Shown here: positions 47,900-57,750 of the stretch, piece by piece
How the letters are laid out: each line of letters opens with the position of its first letter
How positions within the stretch are numbered: position 1 is the first letter of the stretch
Source of the DNA: an uncultured Fibrobacterota bacterium
GTDB lineage: Bacteria; Fibrobacterota; Chitinivibrionia; Chitinivibrionales; JANQEN01
Length of the DNA stretch: 64,000 nucleotides
NCBI GenBank assembly: GCA_964543525.1
Contig: CAZIYW010000001.1
Span: 19,734 to 83,733, forward strand
Reading direction: 5' to 3'
Position numbers and translations under genes: made by a program
Notes under the pieces: model-generated
What the model saw: only the letters and a program-made list of their open reading frames with translations
What the model was told of the DNA's origin: nothing
The model's database searches: none

Positions 47900-49465
47900 C
47901 TATTCGAAAAGAATACTGGTATTTATATGCGTAATAACGTCGTTGAGGGCCGTATGAATATAGTGTATCAAATCACCGGCGATAACCGAATACTCGCCAA
48001 GCTCTCTGCTTGCCAGCTCACCGGCATAGCCGTGCAGAGCGGTACCGAGGATCGCCGCATCAAAAGGGGTGCACCCCTGCGCCAGAAGTGAAACGAGAAT
48101 ACCACTTAACACATCACCACATCCGGCAGTTGCCATGCCGGAGTTCCCTACCGGGAGGACAATTTTTTTACCGTCCGGTGAAACCACAATACTTGGATTC
48201 CCTTTAAATACAACTATCAGGGAAAATTCCCGCGCCTTCTGTTCAATCGCATCAATCAACAGTACCGGCTCCGAGGGTAACGGGCCAAACAGTCGCTCCC
48301 ACTCTCCTCTATGAGGGGTGAGGATTATATCGGAAGCGTGTCCCCGCAACTCGTCAACACAACCTTTAAAGGCATTTATCCCGTCAGCGTCAAGTACGAC
48401 CGGTATGGTAATAGTGGCAATAAGTTTCCTGACCAGTACCGTGGTATCCTGATTATGTGAGATTCCGGGGCCGATACACGCAGCCTGCATTGAAGAGGCG
48501 AGTTGACTGATGGTATCGGCAGCTGCGGAAGCCGGGGTTCCCTCTAATGTCTCCGTTATCGCGTGAAGTACCGGTTCGGTGACCTTCGTCGACATAACCG
48601 GAACTACCGATTCCGGTACGGCACAATGTACCATACCACACCCAGTGCGTAAAGCTGCGGCCGAAGCCAGTGCGGCAGATCCGATCATACCGCGCGAACC
48701 GCACAGTAAGCATGCCAGACCGTGGTCAAATTTCGATCCCGCCGGTTTACGCGGAGGAATCAATTTTTGAAAATCATCCTTCTCTGGAAGATACAGTTGG
48801 GAATTATTCCGCTCCGCGAGCTCTACCGGGTAACCGAGATCTTTAATAACCAGCTTTCCGAGTAACGATCTGCCGGGATAAAAAAGCTGCCCTATCTTCG
48901 GGTATCCCATTGTCACGGTACAGCTGGCATTTACCGCAGGGCGGGCAGGCAGCCCCGTATCATTATTCAACCCGGACGGCGTATCAACCGCAAGGACCGG
49001 CTTTCCGGACAGATTAATTGCTTTAATAACGTCTGCATAGAGCCCCCGTGGATTACCCTGGACGCCGGTACCCAGCAAAGCATCAATAATGAGTGAAAAC
49101 CGTCCGAATCCTTCCAGATCCGCACTGTCATCAATATGGAAAAAATTTCCCTCTTTTATAATGTATTCATCAAATGCGTGACGAGCTTCGCCGGCGAGAG
49201 CCTCTCCTTCACACAGGCCGAAACACATAACGCTATACCCTTTATCGAGCAGGAGTCTGCCCACCACGTAACCGTCACCGCCATTATTGCCTTTACCGCA
49301 GACTATTGCTATCTCATCGGTTTTACATTCGAGCCCCATTTGCACAACAGCATCGTAAAGCCCCATACCGGCTTTCTGCATATAGGAAAAACCGGTGGCA
49401 ACATCACCCTGTATTGCCTTCTCGTCAATACTTCTCATCTCTGCCGTAGTAACTACCGGAATCAT
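47900..49465 (-). CDS. nnr: bifunctional NAD(P)H-hydrate epimerase / ADP-dependent dehydratase
   Basis: The N-terminal YjeF_N motif is VCGKGNNGGDGYVVGRLL. The C-terminal carbohydrate-kinase motif is ATAGCGDVLSGI. Confidence 0.9.
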   Translation of the reverse strand: MIPVVTTAEMRSIDEKAIQGDVATGFSYMQKAGMGLYDAVVQMGLECKTDEIAIVCGKGNNGGDGYVVGRLLLDKGYSVMCFGLCEGEALAGEARHAFDEYIIKEGNFFHIDDSADLEGFGRFSLIIDALLGTGVQGNPRGLYADVIKAINLSGKPVLAVDTPSGLNNDTGLPARPAVNASCTVTMGYPKIGQLFYPGRSLLGKLVIKDLGYPVELAERNNSQLYLPEKDDFQKLIPPRKPAGSKFDHGLACLLCGSRGMIGSAALASAAALRTGCGMVHCAVPESVVPVMSTKVTEPVLHAITETLEGTPASAAADTISQLASSMQAACIGPGISHNQDTTVLVRKLIATITIPVVLDADGINAFKGCVDELRGHASDIILTPHRGEWERLFGPLPSEPVLLIDAIEQKAREFSLIVVFKGNPSIVVSPDGKKIVLPVGNSGMATAGCGDVLSGILVSLLAQGCTPFDAAILGTALHGYAGELASRELGEYSVIAGDLIHYIHTALNDVITHINTSILFE

Positions 49466-49597
49466 GAATAGTTCCCTTACTGTGTTTTTATTATGACGGC
49501 ATACCTTTACCGTCGGCTGTTTCGTTCATTATATTACTATGTCTAAAAAATACATCCTGTGTACTACAGTACCTCACTCAAAACAAAAATTTTTATC

Positions 49598-50137
49598 ATG
49601 CTACGCCTGTTTATTGCGATCAAACTAAACGACTCAGTAATAGAACAACTGCAGAATATCTGTTTTGGTGTCAAGAATGCCCGCTGGCTGCCGTCAGAAC
49701 AGTTACACCTGACCATCCGCTTTATCGGCGATTGTGACGAAACGATGTATCACGATATCATCTCTGTTCTGGAACATATCTCGCTGTCCTCGTTTAACTT
49801 ATCCATAAAAGGTGTCGGCTACTTCCCGCCGCGGGGAAACCCGCGCATACTCTGGGCCGGTTTGCAGCCATCACCGGAACTTCAGGAACTCCATCTCGCT
49901 ATTAACAAAAAATTACATACTTTAGGCCTCACCGAAGAAAGACGCAAATTTTATCCCCATATCACCCTTGCACGACTCAGGGAAAAAACATCATCGCGGG
50001 CCATTGTCCCCTTCATTACCCGAAACAGCCTTTTTAAAATTGCACCTTTTCACACAACAGCATTTCACCTGTACTCCAGCATACTTCGACGGGAAGGTGC
50101 TCTGCATCAGATAGAAAAGACATTTGACCTTATGTAA
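49598..50137 (+). CDS. thpR: RNA 2',3'-cyclic phosphodiesterase (2H phosphoesterase, LigT/ThpR)
   Basis: It has two HxT/S motifs, HLTIRF and HITLAR. ATG 49598 gives MLRLFIAIKL, typical of the family, whereas the track start is at 49559. Confidence 0.8.
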   Translation: MLRLFIAIKLNDSVIEQLQNICFGVKNARWLPSEQLHLTIRFIGDCDETMYHDIISVLEHISLSSFNLSIKGVGYFPPRGNPRILWAGLQPSPELQELHLAINKKLHTLGLTEERRKFYPHITLARLREKTSSRAIVPFITRNSLFKIAPFHTTAFHLYSSILRREGALHQIEKTFDLM

Positions 50138-50272
50138 TTTCACCCGATTTCAGACAAAACAGAGAGGACGAATCCTTTAAAAAGCAACAATTATTTGTGT
50201 TTTTACGTGGTTTTGTTTTAAATTAGTAGAGTCATCACTTTCTTTTATTAATTGTTATATTGAATAGGTGTT

Positions 50273-51217
50273 ATGAAAATCATCTCTATTCTTAATTATA
50301 AGGGCGGGGTAGGAAAAACCACCTTTACGGTAAGTACCTGTCAGGCGCTGGCTCTTGCAGGTTTCCGCGTGCTTGCAATTGACAATGACGGCCAGCACAA
50401 CTTGTCGCTGTTGCTTGGTAATAAAACCTACCGGCCGAATATTCGCGATGTCTACCTTTCATCGCTGGGAAACGCCGGAAAAAATTTCATGCACTCTATT
50501 CGCGAAACGGGCCTGAAAAATCTTCATATTGTAACGTCACAGAGCGGATTATGCAGTACTGAAGTCAAGGACCCCTTTATCCTGCAGAAGACCGTCCTTT
50601 TTTGCGCTTTGTATAAATTCTATGATTATATTCTTATCGATAACGGCCCCGGCCTGGACATTCTTCAGGAAGCTGCTATACACGCATCTGACGAAATTTT
50701 CATGCCCACCGAACTGTCATACTTTGCAGTAAACGGTATAAAGGATTTACACAGGATAGTATCGGAAAAGTTCCGTAACGAATGCTATATCGCTAAAATA
50801 ATACCCAATTTTTACAAAAATACCAAATCGCAGAAAAAATATCTTAAAAACATGCGAGAGCTATTCCCCGGAAAGGTCACCAACACGGCAATCCCTTTTG
50901 ATAACACTTTCGATGAATGCATGCGTGAAGGCAAAACGCTCTTCATTAACCGGCTGTACTCCAAGGCTGCCGCGTACTATTTAAAACTCATGCATGAACT
51001 GTTTGACCTCGATGAAGAAAAAACATGGGAGCAGGTTGTTGAAAAACGCAAACAGCGACTCCGCAGTGAAGCACGAAAACGGTACTATAAGAGACAGTCA
51101 AACCGCAGAAATCTGAAACCTTCAACAGGTAATCTGTTGCAGGCATTTCCCATGCAATACGATAAAACAGACAGCTCTCGCGATGAAATTCCTCAGTCAG
51201 TTACCATGACAATGTAA
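50273..51217 (+). CDS. ParA/MinD-family P-loop ATPase with basic C-terminal tail
   Basis: Deviant Walker A NYKGGVGKTT and Walker B-like YILIDNGPG. The C-terminal ~70 aa are rich in K/R (EKRKQRLRSEARKRYYKRQSNRRNLKP). Confidence 0.8.
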   Translation: MKIISILNYKGGVGKTTFTVSTCQALALAGFRVLAIDNDGQHNLSLLLGNKTYRPNIRDVYLSSLGNAGKNFMHSIRETGLKNLHIVTSQSGLCSTEVKDPFILQKTVLFCALYKFYDYILIDNGPGLDILQEAAIHASDEIFMPTELSYFAVNGIKDLHRIVSEKFRNECYIAKIIPNFYKNTKSQKKYLKNMRELFPGKVTNTAIPFDNTFDECMREGKTLFINRLYSKAAAYYLKLMHELFDLDEEKTWEQVVEKRKQRLRSEARKRYYKRQSNRRNLKPSTGNLLQAFPMQYDKTDSSRDEIPQSVTMTM

Positions 51218-51274
51218 TACACTTCCGTTTATTCCAGTTTCTGTTAACACGCAAACAAAGTTGTCGGGAATCGA

Positions 51275-51994
51275 TTACCCCTTATGCTTTTTCCGTTCTT
51301 CAATGAAAGTAAATGCTTTTTCTGCGAAATCATTTATAATAAGAGAGGGAGGAAAAGACTCCTGCTCCAGATAGGGACGGACTGATTCATCACGACCGAG
51401 TTCTTCGATAGCATGAGTATCACTACCGATAGCAAGAGCACAGCCGACATTTTTACATGTGCGCACCAACTCTCGGGTGCATTCTTCGGTTGTTCGTTTA
51501 TATAACGTCTTTGAGTTATTCAACTCAAGTGCGACACCATGCTCCTTTGCTACCCGGGCCAGTGGTTCAAAGTCAAGCGGATAATCAAGCTCATTCGGAT
51601 GGGCGATTATGTCAATACATGGATTCCGTTTTATGGCCGTAATAATCATATCGGTATATGTTTCTGCGCCAAGCCCCTTTTCAAGGTTTGGATGAAATCC
51701 GACAAGAATCAGTTCAAGATATTTCCGAAACCGCTGGGGAATCTGAACGATATCAATCGTTCCCTGTGCATCAATCAGATTACACTCCAGTCCTTTTATA
51801 AATCTGATACCCTCCACCGGCTTATGAAGCCTGTCAAAAAAAGGCCAGGTGATACGTGAGTCAAGAGCAGGACCATGGTCGGTAATAGCAAGGCCTTTCA
51901 TACCAAGTTCTTTTGCCCGGTGCAGTAACTCCATATGCGTATGAATACCGCAGTTGCTGAAGAATGTATGTGCATGTAAATCAACGTCAAGCAT
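51275..51994 (-). CDS. PHP-domain phosphatase (YcdX-like)
   Basis: The N-terminal metal-binding motif is DLHAHTFFS ... ITDHGP, with later H/D ligands (IIAHP, GSDTH). Confidence 0.75.
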   Translation of the reverse strand: MLDVDLHAHTFFSNCGIHTHMELLHRAKELGMKGLAITDHGPALDSRITWPFFDRLHKPVEGIRFIKGLECNLIDAQGTIDIVQIPQRFRKYLELILVGFHPNLEKGLGAETYTDMIITAIKRNPCIDIIAHPNELDYPLDFEPLARVAKEHGVALELNNSKTLYKRTTEECTRELVRTCKNVGCALAIGSDTHAIEELGRDESVRPYLEQESFPPSLIINDFAEKAFTFIEERKKHKG

Positions 51995-52045
51995 GATATA
52001 CCTTTAAAAATGCTCCTCTACAAATAACACTCCATACTGAAATTA

Positions 52046-52091
52046 CTGAAATATAAAAGAGCAAGATCCACCTTCTTGAATCTTGCTCTTT
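52046..52091 (-). terminator. rho-independent terminator of ppdK
   Basis: A perfect 10-bp stem AGAGCAAGAT (52058-52067) / ATCTTGCTCT (52080-52089), extendable to 12 bp, has a 12-nt loop. On the minus strand it is followed by TTTTATATTT, about 25 nt after the ppdK stop. Confidence 0.75.
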
Positions 52092-52116
52092 GTATAGTCG
52101 ACAGTTCGTTACCTTT

Positions 52117-54828
52117 CTACTTTTTCTTTTTCTTCGCTGCAGCCTGTTCTATAGCAGCTTGTGCAGCCGCCAGCCGTGCAATCGGAACACGGAAAGGAGA
52201 ACAACTGACATAATTCAGGCCCACACCGACAAAGAATTTTACTGATGCCGGATCACCGCCGTGTTCACCGCACACACCACACTTCAGATTCTTTCGAGTT
52301 GCACGTCCCCGATCGACACCAAATTTCACGAGTTGTCCAACGCCGCCCTGATCTATCGAAGCAAACGGGTCTTCACGAAGGATCTTCTTATCAAGATAGT
52401 CCGGGAGGAACGTGCCGACATCATCACGACTATACCCGAAAGTCATCTGTGTCAGATCATTTGTACCGAAGGAGAAAAATTCCGCTTTTTCAGCGACCTT
52501 ATCTGCAACCAGAGTAGCACGGGGAATTTCCATCATAGTACCGACAAGATATTTTACCTTAACCTCTTTTTTCTTTATAATTTCTTTTGCGGTAGCATGG
52601 ATAATCTCTTCGAGGACATCATATTCGGCTTTCGTGCCGATGAGTGGAATCATAATCTCCGGGTGAACGGCAATACCTTTCTTGGTCATATTACAGGCAG
52701 CTTCAATAATGGCAGCGGTCTGCATACGACATATTTCCGGGAAGGTTATTGACAGGCGGCATCCCCGGTGACCGAGCATGGGATTTATTTCATGCAGATT
52801 ATCAACTTTTCTTTTGACAACCTGTGGTTTTACCCCAAGTCTCTTTGCCATTTCAGCCTGTCCGGCCTTATCCTGCGGCAGGAATTCATGGAGCGGCGGA
52901 TCCAGGAGACGGATAGTCACCGGATAGCCGTCCATCGCCTTGAAAATACCCTCGAAATCCCTGCGCTGCAACGGTAAGAGTTTTTTCAATGCTTTCTCCC
53001 GGCCCTTTTCATCATCTGCAAGGATCATTTCGCGAACCGCCCATATACGTTCACCTTCAAAAAACATGTGCTCAGTACGGCACAGGCCGATACCTTCAGC
53101 ACCAAGCGCACGTGCAACGGCAGAATCTTTAGGAGAATCAGCATTGGTACGAACTTTGATTTTCCGGGCGTTATCCGCCCACCGCATCACATCAAGGAAC
53201 ATTTTACAGATAGGATGCTTCAGAGCCTTCTTATCCCCTTTGACAATACCCTGAATCACCGGTGACGAGGAGGTTTCGACATGACCGATAATTATTTCTC
53301 CGGTCGCACCGTCAACCGAAATTTCATCACCCTCTTTTAACGTCTTTCCTGCAACGGTAATCGATTTTTTAGCCATATTAATATCAAGAGCGCCGCAGCC
53401 GACCACGCAACATTTTCCCCACCCGCGTGCAACCACTGCAGCATGTGAAGTCATTCCACCGGTTGAAGTTACTACCGCCTGAGCAGCCCACATACCACTT
53501 ACATCTTCAGGCGATGTCTCTTTCCTTACCAGAATAACCTTTTTACCTTTTTTCACCCAGGTTTCAGCATCATGCGCGTTGAATACAATCACACCATTGG
53601 CGGCGCCGGGACCGGCAGGTAATCCTTTGGCAACAACACGTTTCTGAGAAAGTGCCGCGGATTTCGCTTTCAGGTCAAGGATCGGGAACATCAGCTGATT
53701 CAGGTGATCGCCTTCAATCCGTGCCAGGGCTTCTTTTTCCGTGATCAATTTTTCTTTTACCATATCAACCGCCATTTTAACCGCCGCAAGACCTGTCCGC
53801 TTGCCTGTTCTGGTCTGGAGCATATACAGCTTGCCTTCCTGAATAGTAAACTCAATATCCTGCATATCCTTATAATGCTTTTCAAGACGGTGACGGATGC
53901 CGTCAAGCTGTTTGTAAATCCTGGGCATTTTTCTTTTCAGAGTGGCAATCGGGTCCGGTGTCCGTATACCGGCAACCACATCCTCACCCTGTGCATTTAT
54001 CAGATATTCTCCAAAGAAAATATTAGATCCATCCGCAGGATTTCGGGTAAAAGCGACACCTGTTCCAGAATTGTTGCCCATATTCCCGAATACCATTGTC
54101 TGGACATTAACGGCCGTGCCTTTTAACCCAAACAGCTTATTGATTTTCCGGTATGTTACCGCCCGGGGAATATTCCATGAACCGATAACCGCGTCAATAG
54201 CGTGATTCAACTGCACACGCGCATCAGTCGGGAAATCTTTTTTTACATGTTTCCGGTACACGGCTTTATATGCGCCAACGACTTCTTGCAGTTCCGCAAC
54301 GGTAAGCTCGGTATCCAGATTGCGCTTGTATTTCGTTTTAATACGGGACAACTCATTTTCAAAATATTCGTGATCAACACCCATAACCACATCACCAAAC
54401 ATATTGATAAAACGGCGGTATGAATCCCAGGCCATCCGTTCATTACCCGTTTTTTTAATAAGACCTTCGACAACCTCATCATTGAGGCCGAGATTAAGAA
54501 CGGTATCCATCATGCCGGGCATAGAAACTGCTGCACCACTTCGTACCGACACCAGAAGCGGATTCGTCTTATCGCCGAGCTTTGCATTCATTGCTTTTTC
54601 AAGCTTGACAATATTTGCATCAATTTCTTTATCAAGACCGGCAGGCTTCTTCTTCCCATGGCTATAATAATACTCGCACACTTCCGTCGAGATAGTAAAA
54701 CCGGGTGGTACCGGAATACCGTGATTTGACATTTCGGCAAGATTTGCGCCCTTTCCTCCAAGTATTTCCTTCATGGTTGCATTCCCGTCGGCTTTTCCCC
54801 CTCCAAAAAAATAGACATACTTAGGCAT
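52117..54828 (-). CDS. ppdK: pyruvate, phosphate dikinase
   Basis: 903 aa. The phosphohistidine motif is GGMTSHAAVVARGWGK and the PEP-utilising C-terminal motif is GLCRTEHMF. It has an ATP-grasp N-terminus. Confidence 0.95.
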   Translation of the reverse strand: MPKYVYFFGGGKADGNATMKEILGGKGANLAEMSNHGIPVPPGFTISTEVCEYYYSHGKKKPAGLDKEIDANIVKLEKAMNAKLGDKTNPLLVSVRSGAAVSMPGMMDTVLNLGLNDEVVEGLIKKTGNERMAWDSYRRFINMFGDVVMGVDHEYFENELSRIKTKYKRNLDTELTVAELQEVVGAYKAVYRKHVKKDFPTDARVQLNHAIDAVIGSWNIPRAVTYRKINKLFGLKGTAVNVQTMVFGNMGNNSGTGVAFTRNPADGSNIFFGEYLINAQGEDVVAGIRTPDPIATLKRKMPRIYKQLDGIRHRLEKHYKDMQDIEFTIQEGKLYMLQTRTGKRTGLAAVKMAVDMVKEKLITEKEALARIEGDHLNQLMFPILDLKAKSAALSQKRVVAKGLPAGPGAANGVIVFNAHDAETWVKKGKKVILVRKETSPEDVSGMWAAQAVVTSTGGMTSHAAVVARGWGKCCVVGCGALDINMAKKSITVAGKTLKEGDEISVDGATGEIIIGHVETSSSPVIQGIVKGDKKALKHPICKMFLDVMRWADNARKIKVRTNADSPKDSAVARALGAEGIGLCRTEHMFFEGERIWAVREMILADDEKGREKALKKLLPLQRRDFEGIFKAMDGYPVTIRLLDPPLHEFLPQDKAGQAEMAKRLGVKPQVVKRKVDNLHEINPMLGHRGCRLSITFPEICRMQTAAIIEAACNMTKKGIAVHPEIMIPLIGTKAEYDVLEEIIHATAKEIIKKKEVKVKYLVGTMMEIPRATLVADKVAEKAEFFSFGTNDLTQMTFGYSRDDVGTFLPDYLDKKILREDPFASIDQGGVGQLVKFGVDRGRATRKNLKCGVCGEHGGDPASVKFFVGVGLNYVSCSPFRVPIARLAAAQAAIEQAAAKKKKK

Positions 54829-55222
54829 TAATTCCCTCCAATGAGTTGAATAAATAGATAGTATATAGTCGTTTGATTATTCTCTTTTTCAGGCACTTGA
54901 TAAAAGCATTCCCTAAACATAATTAATTCATTCCATCCCGGCGCCCGTATTCTTCCATTATTCCATAGATGTAAATTCATGTGTAAAACTATAGTATCTT
55001 CTTTAATGGTGCAGGAAAAGACAAAGCTTATTAAAATATAAAACGCATAGTCGCCTGTGATAGTCTAACTCATATTATTTGTATAAACGGCGATTTAATT
55101 ATATCTAAAAACGCCTAAAGATACCATATTTTTTTCAGAATTGGTATACCGAAATGCAGAAAAAGTAATAATCTAATTGCAGGTGTTGAATTCCTCCGGG
55201 CGAAGAATATATAATAGATTCT

Positions 55223-57136
55223 ATGAAAAGGCATGGTCTCGCACTTTTGATTCATCCCTACAAAAACGTCCTTATGAAAAAGGACAAACTGCAAAGGCTG
55301 TTAAATTCTTTTATTGAAAAATTACTGGAAATTATCTCTCAACATCCAAACCTTCGTATTAACCTGACGCTTCCGGGCTACCTGCTTGAACGATGCAGTC
55401 CGGTTCTGTTATCCAAATTAAATGAGTTTCAAAAATCGGATTGCCTAGAATGGTTGACACCCGGATATACGGAACCGTTTGTCACCTTTTCACCTCTCTG
55501 GCTTTCACATGAAAACATTCAGTATGGTCTCGAAATTTTTCAGGACCATGTCGGGATAAAACCCCGTGGTTATGTACCGGCATTTTCCAACTGGGAGCCG
55601 GCTGCTATCCGTCTGTTCCTTGAGAACGGTATTCACTATACGGTATTGTCGCGCACATTACTCCCTGATGCTGTAAAGACTCATCTCGGGTACTGGATAA
55701 CCGAACATACCGGTCATGCCATAATAATCATACCGGCACACACCTTTCATCCCTACAACACGCCGTCCAATATCCTTACCTGGCTTGAACGAACCGGTAA
55801 ACGCGCCCATGACTCGGAACAGGAGGTAAACCTTATTACCCTGGATTACCGTATTCCCCTTGAGCCGCCGAAAAATCCCGATCCATTTAAATGGCTAAGC
55901 GCTTTTACCAGTGCGCTTGATACGGTGCTGTTGACTTATGAGCTTCATCTTCTCCATGAACTGCCGGGACGCACACCGCCGCTCGGTCTCCACCATATCC
56001 CGTCAAGCATCGAGTTCAAAGGAGATAATGGGGACTTTCTGGCGCCCTGCGCCAATTTCCTGCATACCTTTGATTGTGTGGGCATCCTGCAACGTAAAAT
56101 GATGGACATCGCAGACCATCTTGAATCACAGAACGCAAAAGATGTTTTCACCATGAAAAAACAGCTCTTTTTTATGCAGGATGTAAATCGTTATCTCCCC
56201 CACACCGCCAGCGGCTTCCCGCATATAAAAGACAGATTCTGGTCTTTCAGCCAACTAATCGATATTGAGCGTGAAATTCTGAAAAAAAATAAAATAACCG
56301 GCGGACAGGTTCGTATCGCCGATCTCCTGAAAAACGGTACTAAAAGCATTCTCATGTCCAATAAAAACATTAAGGTTTGTATTGATCATAAAAACGGCGG
56401 ACAGGTATTCGAGTTGGATTATCGTGAGCGTTCTGCAAACCTTTTTACAGCCTATAATCCCAGGCGACATACACCGCCCCGGATCCTAGTGGCGGGGAAA
56501 TCACGAACATCATTTATTGATCATTTTCTCAACGAGAAATGCACCCGGACAGATTTTATAAACAACACGGCAAAACATTACGGCGATTTTGTTACCGGGC
56601 AATTTGAGTATAAGGTTAAAAAAACCGCTACCAGTATCAAGACCATTTTATCTCGGCAGGGCTTTATCACTATCCAAGACAAGCAATATCCTCTCATTAT
56701 TGAAAAAGTATTTGGCCTGGAAAAAGACAGGCCGGAACTCTCTTTTGTCTATCAACTATCTCACCATTCCCTCATAACCTATGCCTTTACATTCGCAATA
56801 GAGTTGACGTTTGGTCTTCCCGGGGTGCAATCGCACCAGGCTGAGATAGTCAGTGACAAGATTACTCACAATCGACTTGCCTGGGACAGGGTTACCTTTA
56901 AAAACACAACCGAATGGACACTGACCGATAAAAAAATAGGCGTTGCCGTAACCTGTATTACTCAGAAACCGGTTACCGTCTGGTGCTATCCGATCATACA
57001 ATCTTCTCCCTATCAAGGTACCGCAGTGGTAATTTCTACACCGGTATCTCTGGAAGAAAACTCGGCATGGTCGCTTATGGGTAAGCTCTCCTGTAAAAAA
57101 ATTGCCCTTAAAGGAGACAGTAACGATGTTATCTGA
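55223..57136 (+). CDS. GH57-like alpha-amylase/4-alpha-glucanotransferase-domain protein (divergent)
   Basis: 637 aa. The N-terminal region resembles a GH57 (beta/alpha)7 barrel (LLIHPY, LEWLTPGYTEPF, NWEPAAIRL) with a long beta-rich C-terminal part. The catalytic motifs look degenerate to me, so the assignment is tentative. Confidence 0.4.
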   Translation: MKRHGLALLIHPYKNVLMKKDKLQRLLNSFIEKLLEIISQHPNLRINLTLPGYLLERCSPVLLSKLNEFQKSDCLEWLTPGYTEPFVTFSPLWLSHENIQYGLEIFQDHVGIKPRGYVPAFSNWEPAAIRLFLENGIHYTVLSRTLLPDAVKTHLGYWITEHTGHAIIIIPAHTFHPYNTPSNILTWLERTGKRAHDSEQEVNLITLDYRIPLEPPKNPDPFKWLSAFTSALDTVLLTYELHLLHELPGRTPPLGLHHIPSSIEFKGDNGDFLAPCANFLHTFDCVGILQRKMMDIADHLESQNAKDVFTMKKQLFFMQDVNRYLPHTASGFPHIKDRFWSFSQLIDIEREILKKNKITGGQVRIADLLKNGTKSILMSNKNIKVCIDHKNGGQVFELDYRERSANLFTAYNPRRHTPPRILVAGKSRTSFIDHFLNEKCTRTDFINNTAKHYGDFVTGQFEYKVKKTATSIKTILSRQGFITIQDKQYPLIIEKVFGLEKDRPELSFVYQLSHHSLITYAFTFAIELTFGLPGVQSHQAEIVSDKITHNRLAWDRVTFKNTTEWTLTDKKIGVAVTCITQKPVTVWCYPIIQSSPYQGTAVVISTPVSLEENSAWSLMGKLSCKKIALKGDSNDVI

Positions 57137-57746
57137 AGCGTTAGACATTACCATCGAAAGCCGGGGCGATGCTGTCTGGATAATTCTTTCCGGCCCGTTT
57201 AATAAAGAACAGGTGCCTCAGATAAAGACAAAAATCGAAGGATTTATCCGTGACGGACACCGTAATATCGTAGTAAATCTTGAAGAAGTAACCAGTATTC
57301 ATAACGCGGTTGCACCGATGTTTCTCTCGTTACTCAATATGATGAAAGGTAAAGACGGTGATATTAAACTTATATTTAAAAATGAAGTCGTATCCAGTGT
57401 GCTCGCTCCGTATAAAAATATCTTCTCAATTTACCCGGACGTTAAAAGTCTGACCTCTTTTACGCTTCTCCATAAAATACGAAGGAGAGGCCTTTTTCTG
57501 ACCAAAAAAACGGGTATTCGACTCTCCGTGCCGGTTGCTCTGTTTCTCCTGTTTATTCTCCTGGGATGGTTTGTCTCCCTGGGTATTATCATAAATATGC
57601 AGAAACAACAAATTGCGTTTCAGGAAACGAAGCTACGATATTATAAGCAATGGAAAGAAAAAGCTGAAAAAGAGATTATTGAACTGGAGAGTCGTATAAA
57701 GCCCATGATGCAGCTGGGTCTTTTGCCGGACTCACTCTCAGAATAG
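57126..57746 (+). CDS. membrane-anchored STAS-domain protein with C-terminal coiled coil
   Basis: The track start 57102 is a TTG. ATG 57126 follows AAGGAGA at 8 nt. A STAS-like fold (AVWIILSGPF ... IVVNLEEVTSI ... GDIKLIF) is followed by the TM helix VALFLLFILLGWFVSLGIII and a heptad-rich tail. Confidence 0.55.
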   Translation: MLSEALDITIESRGDAVWIILSGPFNKEQVPQIKTKIEGFIRDGHRNIVVNLEEVTSIHNAVAPMFLSLLNMMKGKDGDIKLIFKNEVVSSVLAPYKNIFSIYPDVKSLTSFTLLHKIRRRGLFLTKKTGIRLSVPVALFLLFILLGWFVSLGIIINMQKQQIAFQETKLRYYKQWKEKAEKEIIELESRIKPMMQLGLLPDSLSE

Positions 57747-57750
57747 CGTC

